Part shown: piece by piece, positions 40,366 to 51,902 of the stretch | Position numbering within the stretch: position 1 is the first letter of the stretch | How the letters are laid out: each line of letters opens with the position of its first letter | Assembly: GCA_964270895.1 (NCBI GenBank) | Contig: OZ185437.1 | Origin: Podarcis filfolensis | Lineage: Eukaryota | Direction: 5' to 3' (one strand) | Length of the DNA: 64,000 nt | Position numbers and translations under genes: made by a program | The notes under the pieces: model-generated | The model's database searches: none | The model's input: only the letters and a program-made list of their open reading frames with translations | Told to the model about the DNA's origin: nothing

Positions 40366-40490
40366 TAGGTCACCGCAGCAGGAGTCCCTTTATAGCTGGG
40401 AGATAGGGCCTGGGTCACGCCCCCTGGGCCAGCTGGAAAAGGCCTTGGAAGGGAGCAGGCCCTGCAGTCCTCCCCATAGCCAATGGTCCC
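40365..40490 (-). promoter_or_regulatory. Candidate Pol II core promoter (CCAAT, GC box, TATA)
   Basis: Minus strand: ATTGG at 40480-40484, GGGGCGTGAC at 40414-40423, TATAAAGGG at 40386-40394, in canonical order and spacing. Confidence 0.4.
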
Positions 40491-42317
40491 TGACAGGACT
40501 TCAGATGCAGTGATAAATCTACTGTTCCATCCCATCGTTCCTGGCAAGGGTTTAGAATTCCTCTGAAAATGTGCCATTCCAAAATGTGAGAAAAATCCAT
40601 GCCATGATATCTGGTGACTTCCAGTCTGGGGATGCCACAATTCTGAGCCACTTTGCTAAGCCCCTCTCACCTCTCCTTTGCTTCCCCAGCCCCAATTAAA
40701 CGGAGCCATGCCAGTTTTGCCTATGGTAGCCCTTCCTGTCAGCCATGATAACTAAATGGAACATTTGGTGCCTTAAAATAGAAAATGCAGGGGAATATTA
40801 TGCATGTAAGATTTCCAAGGGCTTTCATGTTGTGAAAAATAATGCAGCTGCTTTAATATGTGTAGTAGCCATCAGAAGAAAACATGAGCAGTATTTTTGT
40901 GATGTGATTGCTTCAACTATTTCAAAAGTAATAAAGACTCCCAGACAGTGTGTGAGGTAGCAAAATTAGAGAAATATAAGGAAGATGATAAAAAGTGAAA
41001 GAAGATTCAGTCTACAGAAAAATGTGAACTGTAGCATTTCAGCAAAATTGAAAGAATCTGAACTACCACAAGTGTGCATAGAGCGTTGAATTATTGATTT
41101 TTTTTTCAGCAGCTGCTGATAGGTGTCCTGTGTTGAGATGCATATCACCTTTTCCATGAAGACTGGATCAGAATTGCTTCTGGTACCATGGTTTATGTTA
41201 ACAACATGTCATTCTTCATAGCTGTTTTCACAATGAAAAGGTATTGGGGGATTTTATATACGGTAACCTGCCACCTGAATCCTTTTATCAGGCTGACTTT
41301 ATTGACATAAACTTACTAGCAAAGGTCATTATTTTAACTATTATGTGCCTCATTCTTTGAAAATGAAAGAACATCAGAACTGTAAACAATATTTTCATGG
41401 ATTTGGATGAGATGGCAAAGTTGATGTGCTTAATTAGAGAAAAATCACTGTTGACATTTATTAATTATTGGAAACCCCTTATTAACTTTCTGCACAACAA
41501 GGAAAATGAACTTGTGATATCAGGGTTCAAAGACTGATAAAAACGGTTGGTTTATGGAAAGTAGAAGAGTTGATTTTATTATGAAGTCAGAATTTTACAT
41601 AAGTTTGTAAAGCTGATAGAAAATTGGAGGTTATTTCCTTTCCTTTCTTTTCTTGTATGTTAAAAATGCTTGATCATTATTTATGTATATTGTCTTTGTT
41701 TTTTCAAGCTTTAATTTTAAAGAATGGGGAAAAGAAACTGTAAACAATATTTTTGAGAGTAATTGAATATTATTTTTAATTTTATTCATGCTGAAAAAAT
41801 ATTAAAATCAGGGTTCCAGGTGCTCCATAAATTAGATTTCCATTTGCAATGGTTGCTTATTTGGAATCTTCTCCTGTTTATTTGGAACTGGTTCAAAAAC
41901 TGCTGTTAGTTCAGTAACTGGACTGCTGGTAATGGAAATATGTAATCTGGTAGTATTTCAATAATAACTTTCAATAATAAATAAATACTAGAATCTTAAA
42001 ACTACCATGAGATGGTTCACCCCTCCTATCATGAGACTTGCACAGCTTCCAAAGAGTGCAGAATTACCCCAACTAACATCATGGGTGTACATTTTCAGTT
42101 CAAAGAAATGCAGAATGGAAGTGATTACTTGTGTCCCATAGTATCCTTTCTTTCAAACTCTGTGTTCCTGAAATATATATTATGTTCAAAAGATATCAGC
42201 AGTTAATGGTGGCCAGGTGGCAAGCCTTGAGATAAATACAAGGGTAATACATACTGCCACTACTGGAGTTTGGAATGCGGGGATTTGTAATGGCAAAATG
42301 AAGGGTTCACCCTACAA

Positions 42318-42340
42318 ACACACACACACACACACACACA
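42318..42340. repeat. (AC)n microsatellite
   Basis: Read directly from the sequence. Confidence 0.9.
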
Positions 42341-42480
42341 GTGCCAATTTACCACAATCCAGTCCCAGTTCCAAAGGCTTTCTGCCAGTCATTTATCATC
42401 ACTAACTTCCCCAACTACTTTCCCATATCAAACCCTTCCAAGGGGTAGCAGCCAACAACTCTTGCTTCTAAAAAGTGTTA

Positions 42481-44548
42481 CCGTATTTTTCGCTCCATAG
42501 GACGCACCTGACCAAAAGACGCACCAAGTTTTTAGATCAGGAAAACAAGAAAAAAAATATCTGACTAAAATGTTGTACTAAACTATTTAAAACAGCAAAG
42601 TGGGTGGCTCCTGTCCACTTTGCTGCTTTAAAGCGAGCCACGGTATATATTGAAGAGAATGGAAAAAGGACAGACATTCCATTATAATGTAGCTGTTTTC
42701 ATTATCACTGGGAAGTCAGTATTGGCAGCAGTCACAAAAACTAAAATTTGAGCATTTTACTGTTATTAATCAAGAATATTAATAATCAGGGAGAGAAACC
42801 AGGGCTGTGCAAATGAGGAGTGCTTGGAGTATGGAGGAACAGCAAAGAGATCAAATGATTGCGCTCCAGTTCCTAAATCTCTGAAGTTTTCTCAAAACAG
42901 GCATGGTTGTTTTGAAAGGAAGATTCAAAATGGGGTGACTCAGCAAAGAACAGAGGAGGAAAAGAGGGCAGATAAATAGCTTCCATTCAATAACAAGAGA
43001 ACACAATGTTTTTGGTTTGGTATAGGTGGACTGTACTTGTAATAATTTGTATAATGAATTATAGATTTGGAGTAGAATATCAGTGCCTCTTTTCAGCAAT
43101 AAAGATTAGCTGCTAGGAACATGGTCCACACACAAACACACAGGATGTCTGGTTATAGTTGTGCAGTTTAAACTGTTCCTGAGCCAGATGCCTGCTCAGT
43201 TTTAGCTGAGCTCACTATTACTGGTTTGTGGAGATGCTTTGCATGTATTTATGACTATTTCTGCAAAACTGCTACTTGAAGAAATCCCCAAACTTAATAT
43301 TTTTAAACTTCAAATGGAGCTCAGAATCCAGTTAGGCAACCCTTTGCAGTTGAATTAGGAGGCACTGAAAGACAGCAATTTGCTAATCCCCACCAGCATC
43401 CCAGGAATACACAGCCTTCCCTCTGCTTGAAACCTTGTCGGAGCTTCAGGGGAAAGCAAAGGCTATAGGCAGAGCAGTGTGGCTCCCCACCCCCAAAGAG
43501 CACCCCAGGAGCGCGGGGCAAAGGCACACAGCCTTCCCACTGCTTGCAAACCTTGTCGGGGCTTCAGGGGAAAGCAAAGGCTGTAGGCAGAGCAGTGTGG
43601 CTCCCCCCCCCCCATCCTAGGAACACACAGCCTTCCCTCTGCTTGCAAACCTTGTCCGGGCTTTAAGGGAAAGCAAAGATTGTAGGCAGAGCAGTGTGGC
43701 TCCTCCTCCCACCCCAAAGAGCACCCCAGGAGCGCGGGGCAAAGGCGCACAGCATTCCCTCTGCTTGCAAACCTTGTTGGGGCTTCAGAGGAAAGCAGAG
43801 GCTGCCGGCAGAGCCGCGTGGCTCCTCCCCCCACCCCCAAAGAGCAGCCCAGGAACACACAGCCTTCCCTCTGCTTGCAAACCTTGTCGGAGCTTCAGGG
43901 GAAAGCAAAGGCTATAAGCAGAGCAGTGTGGCTTCCCCCCCCCACCCCCAAAGAGCACCCCAGGAGCGCGGGGCAAAGGCGCACAGCCTTCCCTCTGCTT
44001 GCAAACCTTGTCGGGGCTTCAGGGGAAAGCAGAGGCTGCCGGCAGAGCTGCGTGGCTCCTCCCCCCACCCCCAAAGAGCAGCCCAGGAACACACAGCCTT
44101 CCCTCTGCTTGCAAACCTTGTCGGAGCTTCAGGGGAAAGCAAAGGCTATAAGCAGAGCAGTGTGGCTTCCCCCCCCACCCCCAAAGAGCACCCCAGGAGC
44201 GCGGGGCAAAGGCGCACAGCCTTCCCTCTGCTTGCAAACCTTGTCGGGGCTTCAGGGGAAAGCAGAGGCTGCCGGCAGAGCTGCGTGGCTCCTCCCCCCA
44301 TCCCCAAAGAGCACCCCAGGAGCGCACAGCCTTCCCGCTGCCTACGAACGTTGCCGGGGCTTCAGGGGAACGCGGAGGCTGCCGGCAGAACACCGTGACT
44401 CCTCCCCCCACCCCGAAAGAGCACCCCAGCAGCGCAGGGCAACAGCGATTTGGCTCCAGGGACCACACATTCGCTCCATAAGACGCACAAACATTTTCCC
44501 TTCCTTTTTAGGAGGGAAAAAGTGCGTCCAATGGAGCGAAAAATACGG
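42481..44548. mobile_element. TcMar-Tc2-type non-autonomous element (possibly composite)
   Basis: 27-bp TIRs CCGTATTTTTCGCTCCATAGGACGCAC (42481-42507) and its reverse complement (44522-44548, 26/27); TA on both sides; subterminal AGACGCAC repeats. Confidence 0.7.
43405..44445. repeat. GC-rich minisatellite, 9 units, alternating ~123/110 bp (233-234 bp dimer)
   Basis: Unit starts (acagc) at 43411, 43528, 43627, 43749, 43859, 43983, 44093, 44216, 44326. Confidence 0.95.
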
Positions 44549-45072
44549 TAAGTCTTTTTTGGAAATGGGGATGATGAAGAGTTCCCATGGATGTACTCTC
44601 CTTCCCCTACCCTATGATGCTTAGGTTTCTTGGAGAACTGTTGTAAAAAATAGTTTTGCCGAAAAATGTCCCAAGAAAGTTTTTCGGGGGGCAAACTTTA
44701 AAAATCTGTTTCTCCCAGTTTTTGTTTGTGTGTTTGCGAGTAGCCATCAAGCCACCTATCACTGCTACCTAATGGCTGGTTTTACAGAGGAAATTTCTAG
44801 TTTATACGCTAACAGCTTTATCACATAGAAATGTTATGTTGGCAGTAAGTTTAATTTGTTTCAATAAATTTAGACATGGAGAAAGCAAAGGCATTCAAAA
44901 GGCACATATATAATGAAAATATAAAGCAAAATATCTACTATGCATTATTACCATGGGAGTGAGATGAAGGAATTATGCCAGGGAAATATTACCAGAGTGA
45001 GTGCAGTTATGGTTCAATAAAATCACTATCCCCGAAGATTAGCTATAGGTGTATTTCTCAGTCTATCTATAT

Positions 45073-45205
45073 CAGGAATAGCCAACAATCTCCAGATGTT
45101 GTTGGACTACAACTCCATTTCAGCCCCAGCCAGCATAGCCCATGGTCAGGGGTGAACAGCATTGTAGGTCAGCAAAATCTGTCGGGCACAGGGTTGGCTG
45201 ATCTG
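45073..45205. mobile_element. Old hAT MITE
   Basis: caggaatagccaac / ggttggctgatctg ends; ccagatgttgttggactacaactcc core. Confidence 0.55.
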
Positions 45206-45532
45206 TATAAAACACATTAGCCTATATCTCATTCCATTTTCCTTAAGTACCAGTGTGACTAAATGTGAAAATGCACTGGGTCAGCTTTATGTTCAATGGC
45301 TCAACCCAGCAGGGTGAGGAAGCAGACTTAACTCCAACGCCAACTGTGCTTTCAAAACAACAACCCTTCTTTGTTTTATTTCATATATTGTTTTGTTCCA
45401 TAAAGCTATTCAATCCTATGGGGTAAAGTGCATTAGGAGGGAAAACTTTAAATGAGGACAACTCATGCCCTCCACCAATGACACTGATGCTCACTGGTAG
45501 GGATCCTGTAGGCCTCCCAATATTTCTTACAG

Positions 45533-45559
45533 GATTGATTGATTGATTGATTGATTGAT
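45533..45559. repeat. (GATT)n microsatellite
   Basis: Read directly from the sequence. Confidence 0.9.
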
Positions 45560-48500
45560 ATTAAATTTATATAGATGCCCTTCCATCAAACATGTACCAT
45601 GCATCATAATGAAGGGAATTTTGCAGGTGCTTTTGTGAGAGACATTATTGGCACAGTTTAGAACTGGAACCTAGATCAAGGTCCCATGCCTTTATCCATA
45701 CCAGCACCATATATTTCTCTTGCTTCTAATCCTCTTTTTCCCTTCATCCATTTTTTCTGCTGGTTTCCATATATTTCTTTTACATTTACTCACAGTATTG
45801 AGATGTAGCATAGAAATAAAAACCAAGTGCCTAAAATGGATAAGGCCAACTAAAAACCATTCAGCACAGAAACATTAAAATAGCTGATTATAACGTTCAA
45901 ACTCTACTGTATTGAATCTGCCTTATGATGTTAGAGCTGTGGGAATTTGTTCAGCAATTGAAATCTTTGGGAGCAAGTCAGCTCTAAAGTGTCTGAGGTG
46001 AATAGACTTGAACTCCATTGAATGACCCCTAATGGGTTGAATTTCTCTCCTGATGATAATTACACTAGCTAACCTCTTCTGTGTGGATGACATTTTCCAG
46101 GGTAATTCTTTCCATTGGGAAAACACTTACTGTTCTACTATTTTATTTTGAGTATGATAAATTAGAAGCTGTCTTCAAAATGTTACTCTGTTTCTCTTGT
46201 TATATATCTTCATATTCTCCAGTGGTCACTGAATTGAAAAAAAATAATAGCCACCCATTTCCAGCATGGTTTAATAACAACTACCTTTTATCTTATTTTC
46301 CAAATCACTGATTAGATAAATATAGCAATACAGTACAAGACAGACACTAAGTTTAAAGTAAAATGAGATATTATATTACTGAAACAAGCTGATCTTCTGT
46401 AATTCCAAAAGTCACCTGTGGAAATGCTTACTAAGCAATATACAGTAAGTTGGTACTGCTGATCTCAATGCAACTGATTGCTTTACTTTCAATCTTTCCT
46501 TTCCTTTAAGGTATGTCTATTGCGGTTAGAATTCTTCCTCAAAGATGAGCAAAGGACAGTCTCTCTGAAATTTTGCCATCTTCATGGAAGTTTTGTTATA
46601 CTCTCCCACTAAGGTTGCATCAGATGTGCCCTGTGGCATAAAACAATACAGTAATGCACTTTGCTATCAGATAACTTATGTGTATATACAGGTGAAAGTG
46701 GCATACAATAACATTATTGCATTATTTGGCTCTTTTAGGCAACTTTGATGCCTCTCATTAGAATTGTATTTATAACAACGTCCAATTTCATTGCAGCAAA
46801 TGTTTTGCAAATTTGTTTCTGTGTAGTAATGTGTGCTCTGGATTTTGTAGCTATGTATATGGCTAAGAAGCTGTGCCAAAAGGCACAAAAGTGTCTGTGG
46901 CATTTTGTTCAGCTGCAGAGGTTATTATGACAACAAGCTTTTCAATGGGCAAGATTAACTAGTTGATTGTGAATGAAGGGGGAGCAAAGAGAGCTGCACC
47001 CAAATGCGAAATGAACAAAGGCCTTTATTGCAAATGCACAAGCATCTATATAGTTTGGCAGGGACTGCTTGTGATATAGTGCATTGTGGATTTTTGTTAG
47101 GACAAGGTTGTCCTCCTTGCCCTCATTGGATTTATAGGACACTGCTGTCCCCTTATCCTTGACTTTATGTGGAACAGCAGTCTTTCTCTTTGAGAGTTTT
47201 GTCTAGAAACGTACAAGAATTGTGTCACTCAGTACAATTGTAAAATAGTGGCTGCACCTGAAGGACCTGAGTGCTTGAGATGGGTACTGGTTTTCTGATC
47301 AACCCCCTAGCTAGAGCAAAGCAGGTAACAGTGATGTCATCATCTCTCTTTTTTATGTATTTGTTTTGTTTAAAGGTGTGATATAAATATTTTAATTAAA
47401 AAAATCAAGGCAAGAAATAATCTCCTCATAAAATAATACTTCAACACAATACAATAAAATAAGCACACTTTGAAGTTACAATATGTCCAAAACTGTTACA
47501 GATGCCCAACATTTTGTTGCTGCTAAATCCACTGCTCCTGCTGATTCTCTCTGCTGAGCCTTCTCTTTGCAACCTTTCACTGCTATTCCCCAGATGCAGT
47601 TTTAGGATAGCACAACTAGTTCAGCCACACTAGGTGCCAGCGCTACAGGGGGCACTGCAACAATGTTGTAGAATGGAGCAAGAAAGGAGGAGGACACCTA
47701 ATTTTAGTGTCACACAGGGTGCTGCTGAAATTTGAAAGTCCAACATCCACCCTGTACTACCTCCTCTGTAAAAGCTGGAAACTGAATGGCCAGGTTGTTG
47801 GCCATTCCTCTTATTTGGCTTGCTGTACAGACCAGAGCAGTATAGTTTTCATTCATGTCCAACTACTTGATTCTTCTCACTCCGAACTAATACCTTGTGA
47901 CCTTGACACCTTCTCCTGATTTCATGAAGAGACAACAAGAAAGTGGAAGCTTACCATCTCCTTCAATGAAGGAGGTGGTAGCACATGAGCCCTAGGCTCA
48001 CATCAGCGTGTTCTCATGAACTGGACCACAATGATGGCACATTTAAAAGTATTGGCATTGTTTCCAAGCCATGACCTGGCATGTGCTGTGTTAGTCACTT
48101 GTACTTATAAAATGGTGGCAACAAGAAGTGGTAGCTTTAAATATTTACATTTTAGAAGCACACTCAGATCTCTTCATCCCAGTAATGGGGATTACAATTC
48201 AACACTTGTAGGGTTCCTTGTAGTTCCCACTACATAACAGGCATTCCATATATCTCCTCATAGTATTGATTTGAAATGTCTCCAGGGTATAGGGAAAACT
48301 TATTTGTTGGTTGCATCAGATAACTTCCATAATCAGAACATTTTCTTCAATCTATAAATGACCTTTTCTTGTATTTATCATCAGGTTATGTTTCCAACAG
48401 AGATTTTGTTATGGAGTGAAAACCATGTTTTACAAGTGAATTATCTTCAGTTTTGTTCTATAAAGCTCTTCTTACAGATGCTTTATCTACTTGGCCCAGC

Positions 48501-48673
48501 GTTTTTACTTATATATTGTCTGACACAGTCATCTTAGACAAGGCTTCATCAACTCTCCAGGTGATATTGAACACCAACTCCCATCTGCATGGCCAATGGT
48601 CAGAGATGATGGGAGTTATCATCCCCGAAGGACACATCTGGAGGGCACCACATTGGGGAAGGTTGCCTTAGAT

Positions 48674-48804
48674 CAGGCATGGCCAAACTTGGCTCTCCAG
48701 CTGTTTCTACAATTCCCATCATCCCTGACCACTGGTCCTATTAGCTAGGGATGATGGAAGTTGTAGTCCCAAAACAGCTGGAGGGCCAAGTTTGGCCATG
48801 CCTG
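48674..48804. mobile_element. 131-bp hAT MITE
   Basis: 33-bp TIRs (1 mismatch) CAGGCATGGCCAAACTTGG...; perfect 8-bp TSD CCTTAGAT (48666-48673, 48805-48812); abuts an older related MITE at ~48560-48665. Confidence 0.92.
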
Positions 48805-50416
48805 CCTTAGATCTTCATTCTGTACAGCTTGCTTGTAGATTAATGTCAAACCTAAATTCCGAACATAAAAAATGGGCAAGTAATTGTGCTAATTAAATGT
48901 TCGTCCATGAAATTTAAGACTGTCAGGCTGTCCATTCTATATATAATGTATAGATACCAGTTTACATATGTAAACCAATATTTGTGCACACCAGAATTTT
49001 TAAGGATCAATGCCACCCTGAGGTGGGGAGGTGCCTGTATAAGGTGCAAATGGAGACTTGCTGTATTATTTAGAGCCCTGATTTTCCAGGATTTTGAAAC
49101 GCTTAGGGAGCCTACGCAGTTAGAATAGGCTCCCCACTTCAGACAGTCGCCCTCCACAAGTGGGAGGGTGATGGGACTGATGCTGTGGGTGGAGCTTGCA
49201 CCTTCATTCCTGCAGCCCCTCCCTATAGTGTTTACTTAACAATAGATAACACATCTGAAGAGGGCTATTGTGAACCTTCTTAGATAATAGCGGCAGTAAA
49301 TGTACACCGCTGTGCAATGCAGTATGATTACACACACTACTTATGTAATATAGTGGTTAATTTTTTTATATAATATCTGCACAATAATCTCCCCAAACAG
49401 AATTGCTACAAAATCCTAACGAGTTCAATGGGAGCATTAAGCAAATGAATAACCATCTCCAGTTGAAATCAATTACACTTAAAAGTGCTTAACTTTTAAG
49501 TTAATTATAATTATAATATGCTAAATATGTCTGACCTTAAAAAATATTTTGGTTTTCTCATTTGCTTTTTAGCAGACTTTTTGACAAAATCCTGTCTGGT
49601 CAAAACAATTTCCCTCAAGTAATTACATAACTGAACAGTCTCCTGACCTTAGGTTAGTTTCCATGGATCATTCACAAGCTAGGAATGGAATGATTGATGG
49701 ACTGATGGACCGTCTGTCAGACAGGAAAAAATCCATACCCAATGAAGCATTCTAAAATACGTATTATAGCCTGGATTATCCATATGAGGCAGACTTTATT
49801 TTTTTGGAGTAGCTAGCAAAGTGCTTTAGTAAGAGAGTGGATGCTTAATAGAAAGGGAGAAATACATTTTACATTTCATCTTGGATCTTTAAATTAGTTC
49901 CATTTTGCTTATGGAGTTTGCTAGCCATTCATAGTCTAGACATGTTTTTGTAACATGATAAAATATGAAAAAAATGATAAATACCCTTCACAGATTACTC
50001 ATTGTATTCCAATGTCTCCTGTCAATAGGCTGTTGCAGCACAAACTTAAACATAAGTGTATGTGCTTCTGTGAGCTTAAGATGTTGCACTGAAACCCACA
50101 AAAGAATAATACTGATATTTAATTATAGATACATACCCTTCTACCAATGTAAGTGGGACATAAAATATATTTACAGTACTAATAGACTGGATAGATAATA
50201 ACTCTTCCTGCCATAGTTAAGTATGTCACATAAAACTCTGCCCCTTTACAAGATAAATACAAATAAATTATTTCCCATGATGAAAATATATGCTCCAGAA
50301 TCTATGTCTTAAATGCATACTTATCTGTCAAGCTTTAGGTTACACTGACTCTCAGGTTATGAGATTTTTCCTGAGTCTCCATACTAGGGATGGAAAAGAG
50401 CCAGTATGGTGTAGTG

Positions 50417-50660
50417 AAAACAAACAAAAAAAAAATTTCCTTCCAGTAGCACCTTAAAGACCAACTAAGTTAGTTCTTGGTATGAGCTTTCGTGTGCATG
50501 TACACTTCTTCAGGGTGTATCTGAAGAAGTGTGCATGCACACGAAAGCTCATACCAAGAACTAACTTAGTTGGTCTTTAAGGTGCTACTGGAAGGGAAAA
50601 AAAAATTTTTTTTGTTTTGACTATGGCAGACCAACACGGCTACCTATCTGTAACTGGAAC
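50417..50660. mobile_element. Penelope-like element remnant with inverted (palindromic) arms
   Basis: 75-bp arms 50439-50513 and 50521-50595 (1 mismatch), 7-nt loop; 12-bp TSD TATGGTGTAGTG (50405-50416, 50661-50672); carries a hammerhead motif. Confidence 0.75.
50517..50554 (+). ncRNA. Minimal type I hammerhead ribozyme motif
   Basis: Stem I GTAT/ATAC; core CTGAAGA(A); stem II GTGTG-CATG-CACAC; GAA; palindromic stem III AGCT; cleavage after C50550. Confidence 0.75.
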
Positions 50661-50741
50661 TATGGTGTAGTGGTTAGAGTGTTGTACTAGGACCTGTGTG
50701 ACCAGGGTTTGAATCCGCACTCAGCCATGAAGTCCATAAGA

Positions 50742-51396
50742 TGTCCTGAACCCCTGGCCTACCATCAGTAAGTCAGTATGTCAAGTCCAAAGTCGGGGGG
50801 GGTCAAGCCACATAAGCAAAGGCCAAAGTCTAAAGGTCAGGAAACACATTCCAGGGTCAATTCAAATTCACAGTCCGACCCGAAGCATGGTCCAATAGCA
50901 GTCCAGGAGCATCCAAGCCAAGAGACATCAACATGGGCAGTTGAGTAGACACAGCACCTTACCTCTGCTTCCCCTTTTGTACTTTGCATGCTAATCTGGG
51001 CTTGATGAGGCAGCATCTGGGCTTGATGAAGCATGTGACCCTCACTGGTTCCAAGTCTACTCCTACCCTTCCTCCCAGAGGTAGCGAGCCCCACCTGGCC
51101 AGCTAGGGAGCTGGGCTGTTGGCCCTTGCCTGCCTCATTCTTCTAGAACACCACTCCCACTGCTCCCTACACCTCAGAGCCTGCCATGTTTGTGGAGACT
51201 GGGGCTCCTCTGGCACTGGTGGTGGGTCCTGCTGCTCTGGTTCTTGTGCATTGACCTCCATCCCCTTGCCATCCTCCCATCACCCTGTGAGTACTTCCTT
51301 CCCCATCCCCTGCTCACCTTAGTGTGTCTCAATCCCAGCTACATCCCCTCACCTGGATCCCCTTCCTCCTCCCCATGGTCCTGCCAGTTCATGACA
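50742..51396 (-). mobile_element. Solo LTR (Gypsy-type), 655 bp
   Basis: TG...CA termini with inverted TGTCCTGAA / TTCATGACA; flanking TAAGA / TAAGT duplication; removing it rejoins the SINE. Confidence 0.75.
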
Positions 51397-51559
51397 TAAG
51401 TTGAGCTTTGCTCCAGTCACATGCTCTCAGCCTCACCTACCACACAGGGTTGTTGGGAGGATAAAATGAGGTGTCTGTGTGTATGCCATTTTGAACTCCT
51501 TGAAGGAAAGGTAGGATAGAAATGAAATAAATAAATAATTAAATAAATATATTGATTCC

Positions 51560-51900
51560 AAGTTCACATACCAAATATTTACTTTTTGAAACAATATGCA
51601 ACTGAAACAGCCATCCTTCAAAATTATCTGAATTTTGCAATGCAGTTCTTCAGCCAAATAATGTGTACAAAAATGCATATTTTGGGGTAAAATGTGCATA
51701 AAAATGTATACAGTAGAGAAAATAACATACAAAAATGTATTATATTTGCCGAAACATGTGTTAGAAAAAATTGCATACAAAAATCATCTTATTAGGATAA
51801 ATCTGTACTATAATACTGAAGAATTTTCATGGGTTGTTTTTTTTTTTAAAATTGTGCATATTGCTGCAGAAATGTGGAGAACTAAATTTCAATTTGGAAA
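51560..51900. mobile_element. AT-rich DNA-transposon-like repeat fragment
   Basis: Recalled lizard repeat (cagccatccttcaaaatt...gaaatgtggagaac); possible left end TAGGGATGG at 50385. Confidence 0.4.
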
Positions 51901-51902
51901 TT

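Larger units (their letters stand above)
50401..51540 (+). mobile_element. tRNA-derived SINE split by two insertions
   Basis: Head TGGTGTAGTGG (A box 50663-50673) and GGTTTGAATCC (B box 50706-50716); body resumes at 51402 and ends in an aaat-rich tail. Confidence 0.8.

Noticed and set aside
42935-42945. Perfect ARE/NRF2 motif GTGACTCAGCA as a stand-alone regulatory call
   Set aside because: A single 11-mer in 64 kb is not far from chance; mentioned only as context for the Tc2 cargo.
43405-44445. Array as a CRISPR locus, or the 234-aa and 268-aa ORFs (43694..44398, 43818..44624) as genes
   Set aside because: Units are contiguous with no unique spacers, no cas genes are present and the DNA is eukaryotic. 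The ORFs are stop-poor translations of a GC-rich minisatellite.
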